Positions 1 through 14,008 of a DNA stretch of 64,000 nucleotides are shown piece after piece (within the stretch, counting starts at the first letter, position 1; every line of letters begins with the position of its first letter). Under the pieces are notes generated by a model. The model searched no databases and was not told the origin of the DNA. It saw nothing but the letters and a program-made list of their open reading frames with translations. The DNA is taken from positions 36,518,001 to 36,582,000 of the forward strand of contig NC_043015.1 of the NCBI RefSeq assembly GCF_006345805.1, written 5' to 3'. Source of the stretch: Octopus sinensis. Its lineage: Eukaryota. The position numbers and the translations under genes were made by a program.

Positions 1-589
1 GTGTACATGTGCGTGTGCATACGCCTGTGTGTTTGTATGTGTGTGTACTTGTGTTGTATGGAACATATGCCAAACTAGTTTTGATTTGCGGCATCACAAA
101 ATCCCAATCAATACAGCTCCATGAAATGAAATATCCCACAATTAAATCGATCGATTATTTTGTTTATCCTTTTGTTAAAATGTGGTGAGGTTTTAATGTT
201 TTCTCGTTCTTTGAAGCAATTCCTATCATTTCTCATTCGAGCTACTAGTTTGCTCTATTAGAATTGTATAATGTAACAGTTCTACTGTAAAATCTCTGTC
301 CATGTATATTTATACGTAACGTAATATATATAGATATATAAATTCCTCTTTCAATTTGTAATCGTAGGTTTTCCATTTACCCAAAACAATGTAATTCTGC
401 GATCGTAGAAACAAACTTACATAGACGTCACCACATGCGAACAAAAACAAATTCACGCACACATATCTATACACACACACACATATCTATACACACGCAC
501 ATATCTATACTCTATACCCAAACAAAGTGAATTAAATTAAATTTAACAACACGTCTTTTATTTTGACATAATTCGTTTTAAGCCTATTT

Positions 590-750
590 ACTGGATGTGG
601 TTAAAAATATCGCTTTGCTGCCTTCTGGGATTTGGGTCCAGTTTTACAGGTCAGTAATTTGGTCAAGTGTCTTCTACTGCTGCCCAGGGCGGTCCAATGC
701 TTTGCGAATGAGCGTAATTGACGAAGACTATGCGGAAGCCCGTCCTACAT
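590..750 (+). mobile_element. 5' half of tRNA-derived SINE (family B), ending in its internal (TA)n
   Basis: ggtcaagtgtcttctact...gaagcccgtc(ta)n matches the 5' half of the fuller copies at 43295-43764 and 23578-23722 (reverse complement). Confidence 0.6.
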
Positions 751-771
751 ATATATATATATATATATATA

Positions 772-931
772 TGTAGGTCCCGGGTTGAGTCGGGGTTAAC
801 CACAGTTCTAGTCCTGTAGAAGCTCCTTCTATAAAATATATATATTATATATATATATATTATATATATATGTAGGTCCCGGGTTGAGTCGGGGTTAACC
901 ACAGTTCTAGTCCTGTAGAAGCTCCTTCTAT

Positions 932-937
<6 letters not shown>
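772..937. repeat. Two identical ~65-bp copies separated by TA repeats
   Basis: tgtaggtcccgggttgagtcggggttaaccacagttctagtcctgtagaagctccttctataaaata starts at 772 and again at 871. Confidence 0.95.
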
Positions 938-992
<55 letters not shown>

Positions 993-1452
993 AATATATA
1001 ACTACACATACACATATATGCATGCATGTATGTATGTATGTATGTATGTATATATGTATGTATCTATGTAGCTAAAGTGCGTGTCTTAGTGTTTACGGTG
1101 TTTCAGATTCTCAGAACGATCAGTCTGTTCTGTTTCCCATCTAATCTGAAGTTGTTCAGTGATCTCTTCGACTTGTTATTCGCCGTGCATTTCTATAGAC
1201 CGTGTTGATTTGATGGAACGAATGGCCCAATGCTGTGTACAATCATTTGGTCACTCTAAGCACACCATCCCTGTGATGCCGCAAATCAAGAAATTGCACA
1301 ACCATCTTTTTCAGACGCGAGAAATAACTATTAAATTCCGTATTGATGTATGGTTTTTCTTTGAGTTTTATTTAATTTCTAATTAATAGAGTTCGAGCCG
1401 GTCGCTTACAAAGCGACAAAACATTTTGAGAGTCTGGTGTTTGTTATTATGT

Positions 1453-1564
1453 GGTTGAGCTGGTGCGTTGGTTGAGCTGGTGCGTTGGTTGAGCTGGTGC
1501 GTTGGTTGAGCTGGTGCGTTGGTTGAGCTGGTGCGTTGGTTGAGCTGGTGCGTTGGTTGAGCTG
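1453..1564. repeat. Perfect 17-bp minisatellite (GGTTGAGCTGGTGCGTT) x6.6
   Basis: Six identical units plus a 10-bp partial unit, with no spacers. Confidence 0.97.
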
Positions 1565-4500
1565 TCGATGCACACACCCAAATATGTGCACTTATTCATC
1601 TAAATATTCTCAGATGGAGAAACTCTGGAATGTCTTACAAAAGTTCACTTTACTTTGAATTGATTGAAGTTGGAGAAAATTATTAATTTATTTTCCTATC
1701 TCTTCCAAAATCCTATTACGTCCACGTTTTTGTGTAACTTTGTTTGAACGTAACCAATGCGCAGCTATGATGATAGTCACACATTTTCATTTATAATCAC
1801 GCCACAAGAGCTGCAAAGTCCGTATTTATTCACCATAAATTTTCATTATTTAGTGAACATTTTATTGTACATTCACATTCGCTGTGCCACTGACCTCTAC
1901 ATCTGTCATTGCCTTCTTTTCAGGCATTTTATGCTTCGACAATACATTTGCAGAACACTCATATCTATTGGAGTGTTCCAACAGTATTGGTGGTATCTGA
2001 AAGTGTGGCTGCTTGCTGAATCTGACACGTCACTGATATGGACGCCAGGACTATTCATCCTGTAGATAACATTCTAAGAAGGCTTTGCAACTATATAACG
2101 TCTTAGAACAGGTACTATCTCGTACGCATATACATATGTGTATGCATATATCTACCTATCTATATATGCAGGTGTGTATATAACTATCCATGTATGTATG
2201 CACGTGTGTATATAGCTATCTACCTATGCATGTATCTAGGTATATATATATATATACACACACACGCATATATATATATATATTTATATATATATCAATG
2301 TATGTATGAGTGTATGCAGATATGTATAGGCCTATGACTGTATGTATATATGTAGTTATGTATATATCTATCAATGAATGTATGTATCTATGTCTAAGCC
2401 TATCTTTCTATGTACGTATGTGTACATAATTTACACTTGCGTTATTGATAGACTCAACAAAAATGTTTTCCCTCCAACTCCATGAATTGCTACAATGAGT
2501 TTAACAAGCACACCTTGAAATATGTAATCTATTATTAGTTTCATGCTGTGAAACTATAAACAGACAAGCGTGTAATACATAACATTCAACTACGGTATTA
2601 GCTGAATAATATACTAATCAACAGTTTACTCACACGCGGTGTCTTCAAAGATTTTTGAAGAGGTCTGGTCCTTAGCTGCATTTTGGTATAAAAGTAATTA
2701 AGAGTTGGTCCAGTAGAAGCAGTTTACATCAATATTTGTAGCAAAGTTATAGGAGAATATGTAACGCCTCCAATCAAGTTTAGATCTAAATATTTTTTAT
2801 TTTATTTTAAAAGCAAAATATATTTATCTTAGCTTTAACGATACAAGAAAGCATTAGGAATTTCATAGTTCTGGTCCCATGCAACAAAAATGATTATCAC
2901 AAAAATTGTGAGGTAAAATATCATGAAAAAATATAAGGCAAAAATATTGGATTGAAGTATAATTAATTTTATCTATTTTAAATACAAACTATATATTAAT
3001 TAAGATTAAATGACAGAGCTCTATTCGCAGAATTTCATGCTATCAATCTCATGCAATGGAGTTTTAAAAGGAAAAAGTTATGGGCATATTGTTCTCAAAT
3101 TTGAGGTGGAGAATATAGTTCTATACATTTTTATGAATATAGTTCTATAAGGGGACTTTTAATATAAGTCATCGGCAACATTGAGGTAAGGAAAAAATTA
3201 TCAACGACACCGCTAATCTGTAATTAGTTTAATTACATCATCTGTATTAATTAATGTAACTATATCATGTAAACACAGCCCCGCAATATCTGACACGAGA
3301 AAGGAATTCGTAGTAGTTTACTTCGACAGGAATTGCTCAGTAACGCAAAAAATTGGATTTAAGTATAATTAACTATTTTATTTTTAAAACAAACTATATT
3401 TTAATTAAACTTAAATGATGGAGCTCAAATCTAGGAATTACTAATCTTATTTTATTTTCATAGTTTAGAACTTTTCATTTTAATTCAATAATAATAACAA
3501 TTCAATCCCAAACATACAAAATATTAAAATAGAAATAGAAATTTATTAAATTTATTATTCAATTTCCAATAAGGTAAAATCATAAATTATTAATTGACAT
3601 ATTATTAATTAACATAATAGCAGACCCTAGAAAAAATTAATTACATGGAAATGCGAGTAAGAGAAATAACATCCTTTAGACCATAAACCTGGAAAAGTAC
3701 AGGACAAGTTATTACACTTGGAAAAGTTCAGGACAAGTTATTACATCTGATAAAGTAGAGAACAAGAAAATTTTAACTTCAAATATTGCAGCTAAAATTT
3801 TGAATATTAAAAATTATTTGATTTTAATTTACAAAGTAGCATTATCAGTAAAATAGGTAGCATCGTTTTGTTAAACGAGAGTCAGAAGTACCAATATAGC
3901 TAAAGTTTCAAGCAAAGTAGAATAATATAAATAGTAAGCAAATTAATTATGTGAAAAATAGGCATTTTGTCAAGACTAAAAATGTGAAGACTTGGCAATA
4001 AGGTAGACACTCAAGCAATTTTTACTGTGAAGTTGTTGTTATACGGTAGATTTTACTGTAATATATAAACAAATTTTTGTATTATTCTATTTATTGTACT
4101 AACTAATTATCTACTACTATTATTTTTTATAACCTATTTTCAAATTTCTAATTATTAATTAATGATTTGAAACATGGAGTTTTTTATATTGCAAAAATAT
4201 TTTAATTGAGATATTTTAAATTTTTAATAGAAGAAACAAGTAATAACAAATAGAAGTAATAACTTGTAATAGAATCTTTAGTTATAATAAAAGCTAGTTT
4301 TTATCAAAGTCTAAATATTTTATTTACAATTTTATGCTTACCTACAATACATTAGGGAAAAATATTGTTCTGTAGTCTACCGGATGTAATAAGTTGCCCT
4401 GAACTTGTCTTCTACGTTCCAATCGTATAACTATGAAGGGTCATGCAAGAGGACACAATTTATCACCAGATCCCAAACTGAAACTGACGAGCTGACTCTA

Positions 4501-6113
4501 ACCATTAGACAACCCCGCTCCACATTTTTCAGATTGTCTAGAACGAAGCCCTGGGACGTATTTCATAGTGTTCAGGGGTCATGAATTATGTCTCCAATTT
4601 CCTTCCATAGTTTTAATCTTAACACGTAAACACGGAAACTAATAGAACATAATACACATAAGGTTTCTGTAAAGCACAAGACCTTAATAGAGAAAACATA
4701 CACACAAAAATAATACGATGGGGCGTCGGGGGTGGAATTCAAACAATTTTGCTACTTAACAGAATATACTCAGATTAATATTGAAAGGAAATGAGAAAAT
4801 GGTAAATTCTGCAACAGGAATCCTGAAATAAAAGGAAGTTTTAGATTTGAAAGATATAGTATTTCGTGCATTCAGGAGGAGGTGAGATATTTGAAAGCAA
4901 ACAAACGGAAGCGAATCGTCAGGTATTATCTCGTAAATATTAGAAATTTCCAATAAACTGTCGCCGATAATATGAATATTATAGAATTTAGACGATAGCA
5001 TTTGGTCTTTGAATAAATATTGAAGACGTTTTTGTAAATATTAATTAATTACAAAAGCTCGGCTTGAAAGTGTATGGAAATTAAATAAAACATTTCGAAA
5101 AACAAAATCGTAATATTCAAGAATCGAGATTCTAGAAGGAAAGAAGAAGAAGAAAAATGTATTTTCGGTAGTTATGCATGTGTGTGAGTATGAAGATACG
5201 CGAAAAGGTATGCGTAGATGTATGTATATGACATGTGTGTTTAGAGTTGGGTATAGTGTATATATTAATTTGGGTGTTTATAAATTGAAAATAAATGGAT
5301 AAAGAGAAACATATACAAGTAGATAGATGAATACATACATACATGCATACATACATATATACAGGCATAGATTCATGTACACACATACACATATACACGT
5401 ATATAGGTATTAATATAAGTATGCATGTATGTATGTATGCATATAGGTGTCTATATGTATATATTCAGTTACATATGTGTAATATTTCCTAACTTCCCTT
5501 ATCATTCAAATCAACGTCCCCTTGTCTATTATTTACGGTTTTATTATCTCTAATAATATATATATATATATATATATATGTTTGTGTGGATGTATGTATG
5601 TGTGTGTATATATGTATATGCACGTATGTACGTATAAACATACATATGCATATATAATAACACATATACACATACGCACTCACATATACTAACACGGCTA
5701 TATACATATATATATGCGTGCATGTGTATATATATATATGCACGTATGTATATATTTATATATACATATGCTTTTATGTATGTATGTATATATATATATT
5801 TATATATATATATGCATGTATGTGTTTGTATAGGTATATATGTACACATCTATGTGAGTATAAATGTATATATATGTTATATATAAGTATGTATTTTGTA
5901 TATATATATGTATAATATGTGTGTATAAACATATATGCATATATATGCACTCATATACACATACGTACTCACACACTCACGCATATATATATATACATAT
6001 ATATATATAATATATATACATATATATATATATATGTATATACATACACATATGTGTGTTTGTGTGTGGGAATGTGTGAAGATAGATAGCAACACACGCA
6101 TGGATATATATAT

Positions 6114-6174
<61 letters not shown>

Positions 6175-6429
6175 GTATATATATCATCCAATATAAGACA
6201 GTTATGGTTATATGCCTGTGGCTATATAAACCGTTATTGTTCTTTAATTTATTGTTCTTTAAATTCTTGGAGAAAAATCAGATTTCCTTCCCCTCCCTCT
6301 CCCTCCACGCCCCTCCAAATTGATAATATTTCAAACGATATGCTATCGGCATGTCAGAATAGGAATTAAATTGTTTCATCCGTTTGAAATCGTAAAAGTG
6401 TATCCAAAGCGAGAAAGAAATTTAGTGAG

Positions 6430-6773
6430 ATAAATTCTCGTCGTTGTTGCTGTTACATTATCATCATCATTCCCCACCACCACCACCGTCACCACCACTA
6501 CAACCACCACTACAACCACCACCAACATCATTATCATCGGCATCATCATAATCACCGTTGTTATTGTTACCGCCATGGTCATCGTCATGCAACATATCTT
6601 CATCACCACCACCATCATTACTACTACTACCAGCACTATCACCACCACCGCTGCCGCCGCTACTACTACTACTACTACTACTACCAGCAGCAGCACCGCC
6701 ACCACCGCTGCGGCCGCTTCTACTACTACTACTACTACCAGCAGCACCACCACCACCACCGCTGACGCCGCTT

Positions 6774-6825
<52 letters not shown>

Positions 6826-6830
6826 GATCA
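6430..6830. repeat. Compound trinucleotide repeat (CAC/CAT/TAC/CAG)
   Basis: Read directly; explains the poly-T/V/L ORFs here. Confidence 0.95.
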
Positions 6831-7289
6831 TTTAGTCTCGTTATCGTGTCTTCAAAGTCTTTGTACGGTTTCTTTTTTTACGGCATGGTGCAAGTTTTAC
6901 AATTGGCGTAGTATTATTATCTTTTAGAAACGTAGAAAATACACTTGCGCCTCCTATTTGCGTTGTGAATTTGTCTCTTCGATTCTGCCGCTCGTGTTTA
7001 TATCCGTTTGTGTTTGGCACTACTTTAATGACCTGTGATTTTGTTCTGCAGAATATGTGTAACGCCATTTCTTTTGTATTACTGCCTTGGTAATTCTGTT
7101 GCATATGTGGTGTGGAAATGAAGTTGTATTTTGAACTATGAGGTTCCTATTTGTCGAAGTACATTGTATTTTTCCGTAATGTTATTAGATGTTAGCAATT
7201 AATTAGAATGTGATTTATACGATTGATTGTATCACCACCATCATCATCATCACCCATCATCATCAAACTCCCAACCTTTACTGTCTCAG

Positions 7290-7512
7290 GTTCTAAGTCT
7301 CCTGAGGTCGGTTACCTGGTTTCCATGGCGATTAAGTAACCGAAATCACAACATTTCGCTGCTTGAACGGAACGCCAGTCCTTGGTAGTGTTGTTCGTTC
7401 ACAGCTCAGTGGACGGGAGCAGATGAAATGAAGTGATTTGTGGAGAAACAAGACAATCCACCCGTCAGGGATTCGAAATCACTATCTTAAGATTGCGAGT
7501 GCTGACCACGAA
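7290..7512 (-). mobile_element. Decayed tRNA-derived SINE
   Basis: Minus strand has gtggtcagcactc...ttcgaatccc (A/B-box-like), followed by a SINE-core-like ttcatttcatctgctcccgtccactgagctg. Confidence 0.5.
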
Positions 7513-8160
7513 AACCATCAAATAACGGATTACTGGACAAGTTTACCCATATACTACATCATCCAGTGAATCACTCAATCAAAGTTAGAATGATGTGATG
7601 TAGAGAGATCACACAAGCATAGTGGTTAAGCAATAAGATTATTGATTATAAAAGCCTAGCTGTGAAAACTACTTGAAATATCAGTTGTGTAATGTGACGG
7701 GCTGTTTTCAACCACAGAATTGCCCCAGATTAGCATCAATTCAATAGTGTGATAATGCAACAGCATACAGTCTTGAACTGAAGCACCTTAAGCAACAGGT
7801 TGTTACATCACATCCCAACTTCACAATTTTTATGGCGTGATTTGAGGGTTATTTGTCTGCCATATTAACAGTTCGACCAACCGCGTATATTTCTGCCTCG
7901 TTTGCTCGTAAAATCATTCTGTACGTGTGAGTGGCGTTTAATTTTATGAAGTACATCTGAGGCCTATGTTTCATTTATATATTTAACGTTTTCTCTAGAT
8001 TAAATACTGGAAACGAATTATGGTCTGTTAAATTATCTATCGCTGTTGCACTTAGGCAAAAGAAATCACTTTTATGATGTGTAGACCGAAGAAGTAATGA
8101 TGTAATATGTATTGGGAGATCGCCAATTCAGACACACACAGAAGCTCTCTCTCACTTTTT

Positions 8161-8235
<75 letters not shown>

Positions 8236-8929
8236 GCACACACAAAAAATACACATAGACTCGACCATACGCATCGGATACTTTTCGCGTAGGTCTGTGC
8301 TTGCTAATGCTTTGTAATACGTGCGCGTTAACATGGCTGTTTGTGTAATATGGCTATAGAGAAAGATTTAAAGGCACTAATACGGCGCAATAACGAATAT
8401 AGATATACAGATGAAGGCATATTTAGTCTCAGTTCATCGCAACTACAGCCTGGAATACCGAAGACTTCATGAAATAACGAATATTAATGCAAAACCAGAT
8501 TTCAATGTATTTCTATTTATAAAATTTACTGATAAGTAATTTTGTGTGTGGCTAAATCAAGAATTCTTAATGTATTTGGACTTGTTTGAAACTGCGTTGG
8601 TGCTTAACAACTGAGAAAGTTCAAGATATATTTTTAGGATAAGTATCGGATATCACACACTCACAAACACGCACGCAAACATAGACAAATGCAAGCGCGC
8701 ACGCACATACGCACACACACACAGAGACAGGTATATATTTCTCTTTTTTTTGCAAAAATGAACAAATATTTACTCTACTAAATGTATTGAGTACTCCTTC
8801 AGATTAGTTTGAGATATTGTTCTGTGCAATTTTTACATAAATTTTACGTATCTATTCATCATTCTTTCGATCAATCAATCAATCAATCTCTCTCTCTCTA
8901 TATATATATTAATGCACACACACACACAT

Positions 8930-8960
<31 letters not shown>

Positions 8961-10095
8961 AAATAATATATCTGTATGTCTGTTTGTCCGCCTATCTATT
9001 TATTCCTCTAACTACTTATCCATCTATCTTGTATTTGCATACATACATTCATACACAAACACATATATTGGTATGTATATATGCATATATATATATACAT
9101 ATATATATATATGCAAATATCTATGTGCAATATATGCATATAAATATATCCACATAAAGAGAGATAAGAAAATATACACTTTTATTTTAGTTTACTGTTA
9201 GAGTCTCTATCACTGACACCAAAAGCACCACCGCCGTAACAACAGTTACAGAAATGAACAAAAAACAGACCTGCCTCTGATTCGCTATAAATATCAGCCG
9301 AACTCCCATCCAATCACCTTGAACAGTCTATAAATTTGAAGTGTGTATTGAATACACCGAATAATGTTAGTCTTAGAAGAAGAAACTCGTCAGTCACAAC
9401 TGGAATAATTTTGTTTATAAGTCTGGTCTATTAACACTGACCTATTACTAAAGGCATGCAAGGGCAGTTTGAACAACATCAAAACAGAAAAATTTTTTTT
9501 AAATTCCACGAACCTCTTTAAAACACACAAAAAAAAAAACCTGAGATTTCAACGACACGAACATCATGCAATACTCTTGATCATGGCTGACATATTCTCT
9601 GCTCTCCATACGCTTTCTATGTGTTTATGTTTTATTCGTCTTGTCTAATCCTGTTAAGATATTATAATTTTAATTGACACCATGGCTAATATCAGACAGT
9701 CGTCTTTATTATATTTTGCGACTACCCTCTAATACGTAATTCTTAATTCAAACAAATAATCATAACAGTTTACGACGGAAAAAGAAAACAAACACAACTT
9801 TTCATCCTTTCGAAAGTTTTTGACGTCTGCAATGTTTGTGTTTTCAATTTATTTCTTAATGCATTTTTCATTTTACTTTTACGATTTTTGTTGACTAAGT
9901 ACGAAGAGAAGTACCTTCGAAAATGACGATGCCATTTTCTTAATAGCTTTTCATTATCTGAATGTCGCTATAAATATCGCAGCTGCAATGTAACAGACAA
10001 CGCTGCGATATTTTATATAATCTTGGAGTTCATACTCTCCTTAGTTGCCATGAAAATGGACTACATAATCTCCCACTCTTTCTCTCTTTCTCTTA

Positions 10096-10163
<68 letters not shown>

Positions 10164-11771
10164 TGTCCCATTATGTCTATCCGTCAGTCTCTCACTCACT
10201 CACTCGAACAAATCGACCTCATTACTTATTCATTTTTTTACTATTAATCCTTTTTCTAAACATATCAGTTTTCTTTTGTCCTACCAGTAGATTACGGGAA
10301 CGGATGCACATCCACACCAAATTTTCAAGCGGTGATGGGGACGCAGACAGAAACATATGTAGTGAACATATTAAATAAACACAACGCAACAGATTGAATG
10401 TGAAAAGACAGCGTGTTGATAGACATAACAAAGGTATTACAGACAAAAGAAGGATCAACGTTAATACATGCCCACAGAAGACTTAAGCAGAGTAATTCCT
10501 GTCGCTCCACTTTCAATAGGAGAGGTCTCTTCATTCGTAAGAATATCTCTCCTCATTCTGAGTCGGTATCAACTGCCACCCAACACTGCCCTACCATGTT
10601 TGATGTTATGCATCACACTCTTCTTCGATTTTGTTGTTGCAATTTATTCCACAGAATACTTTGAAGTATTACTATAATCTCAAATTTATTTCACCTACTC
10701 CTTTATGCATATGACTTAATGTTTCCGAGACAGGGGATAATTGAGTGCAATTGTCGTGCTGTTAACAACCACAAAGGCAGAAACATGTGTGAATAGCTGT
10801 TGCTTGGTCTCTAAAGAATCAGATTATCTTCCCGCAAAAGTGGCAAAAAACATGGAAAGTTCTTCAATTTTAGAATTAAATCCCGTTATTATTTCGAGGT
10901 GCAACCAACAACAGATTAGTAGCTGTTGACAATTCTCTGGAAACGGAGATGATTCAATAAGTCAAGAAGGTTTCTTGTAGGTTATCAACTGAGCATACAT
11001 ACATACATACAGGCACACATATATACATGCCTTCAACGATAATATTAAAACTCTGTGCCCGTAGCAAGAAGCCGCCGGCAAATGGTAAACCAACGAACAA
11101 GAGTCCAAACATGACGGAAAGTAAACAAATAAACAAATAAACAAGAAATTAATATGCAAAATAGAGAAGTGAACATCCAAATATTAAGACGAGGCAGTCT
11201 GTGGACAGCTGCGGGATAAAAACGAAAACAAACGATGCGAAATATGGACATACAGATTGAAATAAATAAAGAGAAAACGCCTTTGGTCCGTTCAAGAGAC
11301 GAAGATACGGATAACGGTAGGAAGAATATCCTGGAGGATTAGATCCAGAAGGACAACTGAGAGACATCGAAATGTATTGATAGTGGGAGAGGAGGGAAAA
11401 TACGACCAGTCGCTTTGTTTGTCGGCGTAAAAAGGAAAAGAGACTAAAAGATGGTGATGGCCACGAGTTACGTAGTAGGAGGGAGAAAAGTGAGAGAGGG
11501 CAGAGCGAGACACGGAGAGCAGAGAGAGAGAGAGAAGAGGAGATGAAAGGTAAAATGCAAGAACAGACAGCAGCCCAGAAGTGTACAGAGGGAAGGGGAG
11601 AAAGAACGAGAGAGAGAGAGAGAGAGAGAATGAGAGGAAAAACAGAGAGAGAGCTTGTGAAAGGGCGACAAAGGAAGAGACAGGACATGAATATACGTAG
11701 TACGAAAATATAAAAACACTGTAAACAAAATGAGAGTATGTGGTGTTCCATTAAATGATACGCTGGCTCAC

Positions 11772-11892
11772 CATTTCCCGACTGAGTCCTGCTGCCGGCG
11801 CCAGCAAAGGCGACTAATATTGTCGTTGAAGGTGCGAAAATACGTTTCTTCTTCTGGCCGATAATTGATGAGGATTTGGTGACCCTCTGCGT
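11772..11892 (-). CDS. Candidate 121-nt coding exon of an unidentified gene (AEGHQILINYRPEEETYFRTFNDNISRLCWRRQQDSVGK)
   Basis: Stop-free complex peptide in a CpG-rich island with a good donor (ATG|GTGAGC). The acceptor (ggaaaacag) lacks a pyrimidine tract. Protein not recognised. Confidence 0.2.
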
Positions 11893-12012
11893 CTGTTTTC
11901 CGTGTGTTTCTACATTTACTATATTTTTAAACTTATTATGTAATGGAATGCAACGTGTTTTCATTTTCTTTATATATATATGTGTATGTATATATATATA
12001 TATATATTATAT

Positions 12013-12055
<43 letters not shown>

Positions 12056-13225
12056 GTACAGACATACATATATACATATATGTCCCTAATACAAGATTCA
12101 AAGTTAAATACTCGAATTAAACTGAAAACTAAGGGATATTTTCCACAAAATATGAAGGCTTCCATTTCAGCAAATACAGTAAGTTCTGTAGCATTCTTAA
12201 TCTGTGAACCTCTGCTTCGCTTTCTCGATTATAGTTTCAAACGAATTCAATGATTACCGTTATCGTGAACTGTGAATCTTCTGATAGCATCCATATTCAT
12301 TCGCTTCTTTAATTCTAGATCATTTAATGATATTTCATTCCGTCTTACCTTTCAATTGTGAATCCTTTGAAAGTATCCTTTTCCGTTTCCTTTCACGTGC
12401 GGTTACTTAATAACACTTCAAACTATTTCCCTCCTTCAAATCTGGATCCTTTAATAAGCATCCAAACCATTCTCTCATTCAGCTATGGAACCTTTCATAA
12501 ATTTACTCCTCAAAGAATAGCAGCAACAACGAAGCACACAAAGGTATATTATGCATTTCACAAAGTATCAGTACCCTCTTAGGGTTGATCTGTAAACTCA
12601 GTCAGCCTACATTTATTTGACATTCAACTTACTCCACAATTTTCGTCACAGCGACACTTAACAACTGTCCATTTACTCCCTGAATTGTTTACGGCTTCGC
12701 AATCAAAGTAGTCATAACAATATATTTGCCGCTATGTTCCTCGCTCACTGACAAAAGTCATAGTGTGCTTAGAACATGCGTTTCTTCGCTGTTCGCGATA
12801 GTTAGCGATTTAACGAACGTATCTCCGAATTCTCGAATAGTCAATCTGTTTACTTTCAACTGTAGAAAGTGGAATCTTATTTTCATCTTGAAGTGCTTGA
12901 AGTATCCATATGATGCTTAAAAAGGAAAGTATGAATTGACATCTTGGCATAACATTTTTAGTACCGAGTAAATTCTGGTTTTGATGCTTAAATTAATGTT
13001 TAGATGTTTTGTCTAAAGAGTTTCTCTGCTCTCTGACATAGAAATATATACAAATCTATGCAGTGGACATACAGACATCAAATTTACGTATTTCTCCGAG
13101 GATTAAGTGAAGGAGGAAAACCCTTAATCAATTTCGGCCCTCATTGGGAATGTCTACATATTTTGACAAATCCCAAAGAAACAAGCAGCCAAGCCTTTAG
13201 AGAATTGGATCTACCGATACTCAGA

Positions 13226-13420
13226 AGCGCAGGCAGAGGTGTGTAGTTGGGAACATTAAGTCGCAAGCGCGTGGTTTCAGGTTCAGAACCACTCTGCTGG
13301 ACATTTGCCATTTTTTTTCCTTTTATAACCCCCAGCTCTGGGTTGAGTAATGAATTGCGAGGGAATTTAGCAATGTGCGCCAGCTTTGTTATACAGTATA
13401 TGTATAGGTGTATGTTCGTG

Positions 13421-13451
<31 letters not shown>

Positions 13452-13640
13452 TGTGTGTGTGTGTTTGTTTGTTTTCGTGTTTGTTCCTCACCGACCGCTT
13501 GGAACTGATGTTAGAATGGTAAAATCGACCAACTGAATAAATGCTAAACTTTCACAAATAAATAAATAATCGGTTCGATTTCTCCGACTAAGATCAATGT
13601 GATGCCGTTGCATGGCCGCATTCCAGAGACAAATCATTAA
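13226..13640 (+). mobile_element. Diverged tRNA-derived SINE, family B, with internal (GT)n
   Basis: Head agcgcaggc...ggttcagaaccact, internal microsatellite, tail gcatggccgca. Confidence 0.6.
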
Positions 13641-13794
13641 AAAGAATACAAGTATAGAAAAATGTTGCTTTGAAATGAAAAAATATAAAAATAATATCTA
13701 AATTCCTCGAGGGAGCGGGGTAAATATCTAAAATCTGGGTGAACCTAACTGGGCCCCATTCTCAAAATGCTCTGTCATCAATGGCAGACCTGAA

Positions 13795-14008
13795 TAATCT
13801 TTGCTACTATAGACACAAGGCTTGGAATTTAGGGGGATGGGGAAGTGGGTTAGATCGACCCCAGTACACAACTAGTGTTTAATATATCAACACCGGGAAG
13901 ATGAAGGGCAAAGTCGACCAGAGCGGAATTTGAACTCAGAACGGTGCTAAGTATTTCGTTAATCATTTCTCCGAACGTGATGACGATTCTGCCAGCTCGC
14001 CGCCTTAG
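13795..14008 (-). mobile_element. tRNA-derived SINE, family A
   Basis: Minus strand reads ggcggcgagctggcagaatcg...gagttcaaattccg...gtcgactttgcc; repeated many times in the window. Confidence 0.8.

Noticed and set aside
1453-1564. CRISPR array
   Set aside because: Contiguous identical units with no spacers, no cas genes, eukaryotic context
2600-4370. Mitochondrial insertion or ciliate-code gene
   Set aside because: No recognisable rRNA, tRNA or OXPHOS motifs; frequent TAA/TAG is expected at this AT content, and TGA stops also occur
5132-6369. YI/YT/CV-rich ORFs here and across the window
   Set aside because: Translations of (TA)n, (CA)n and (TACA)n microsatellites
11149-11964. 271-aa minus-strand ORF
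   Set aside because: Runs through (CT)n low-complexity sequence; only the 11772-11892 part looks exon-like, and in a different frame
13795-14008. tRNA genes (here and at other SINE heads)
   Set aside because: Only A/B-box-like remnants joined to SINE bodies; no full cloverleaf
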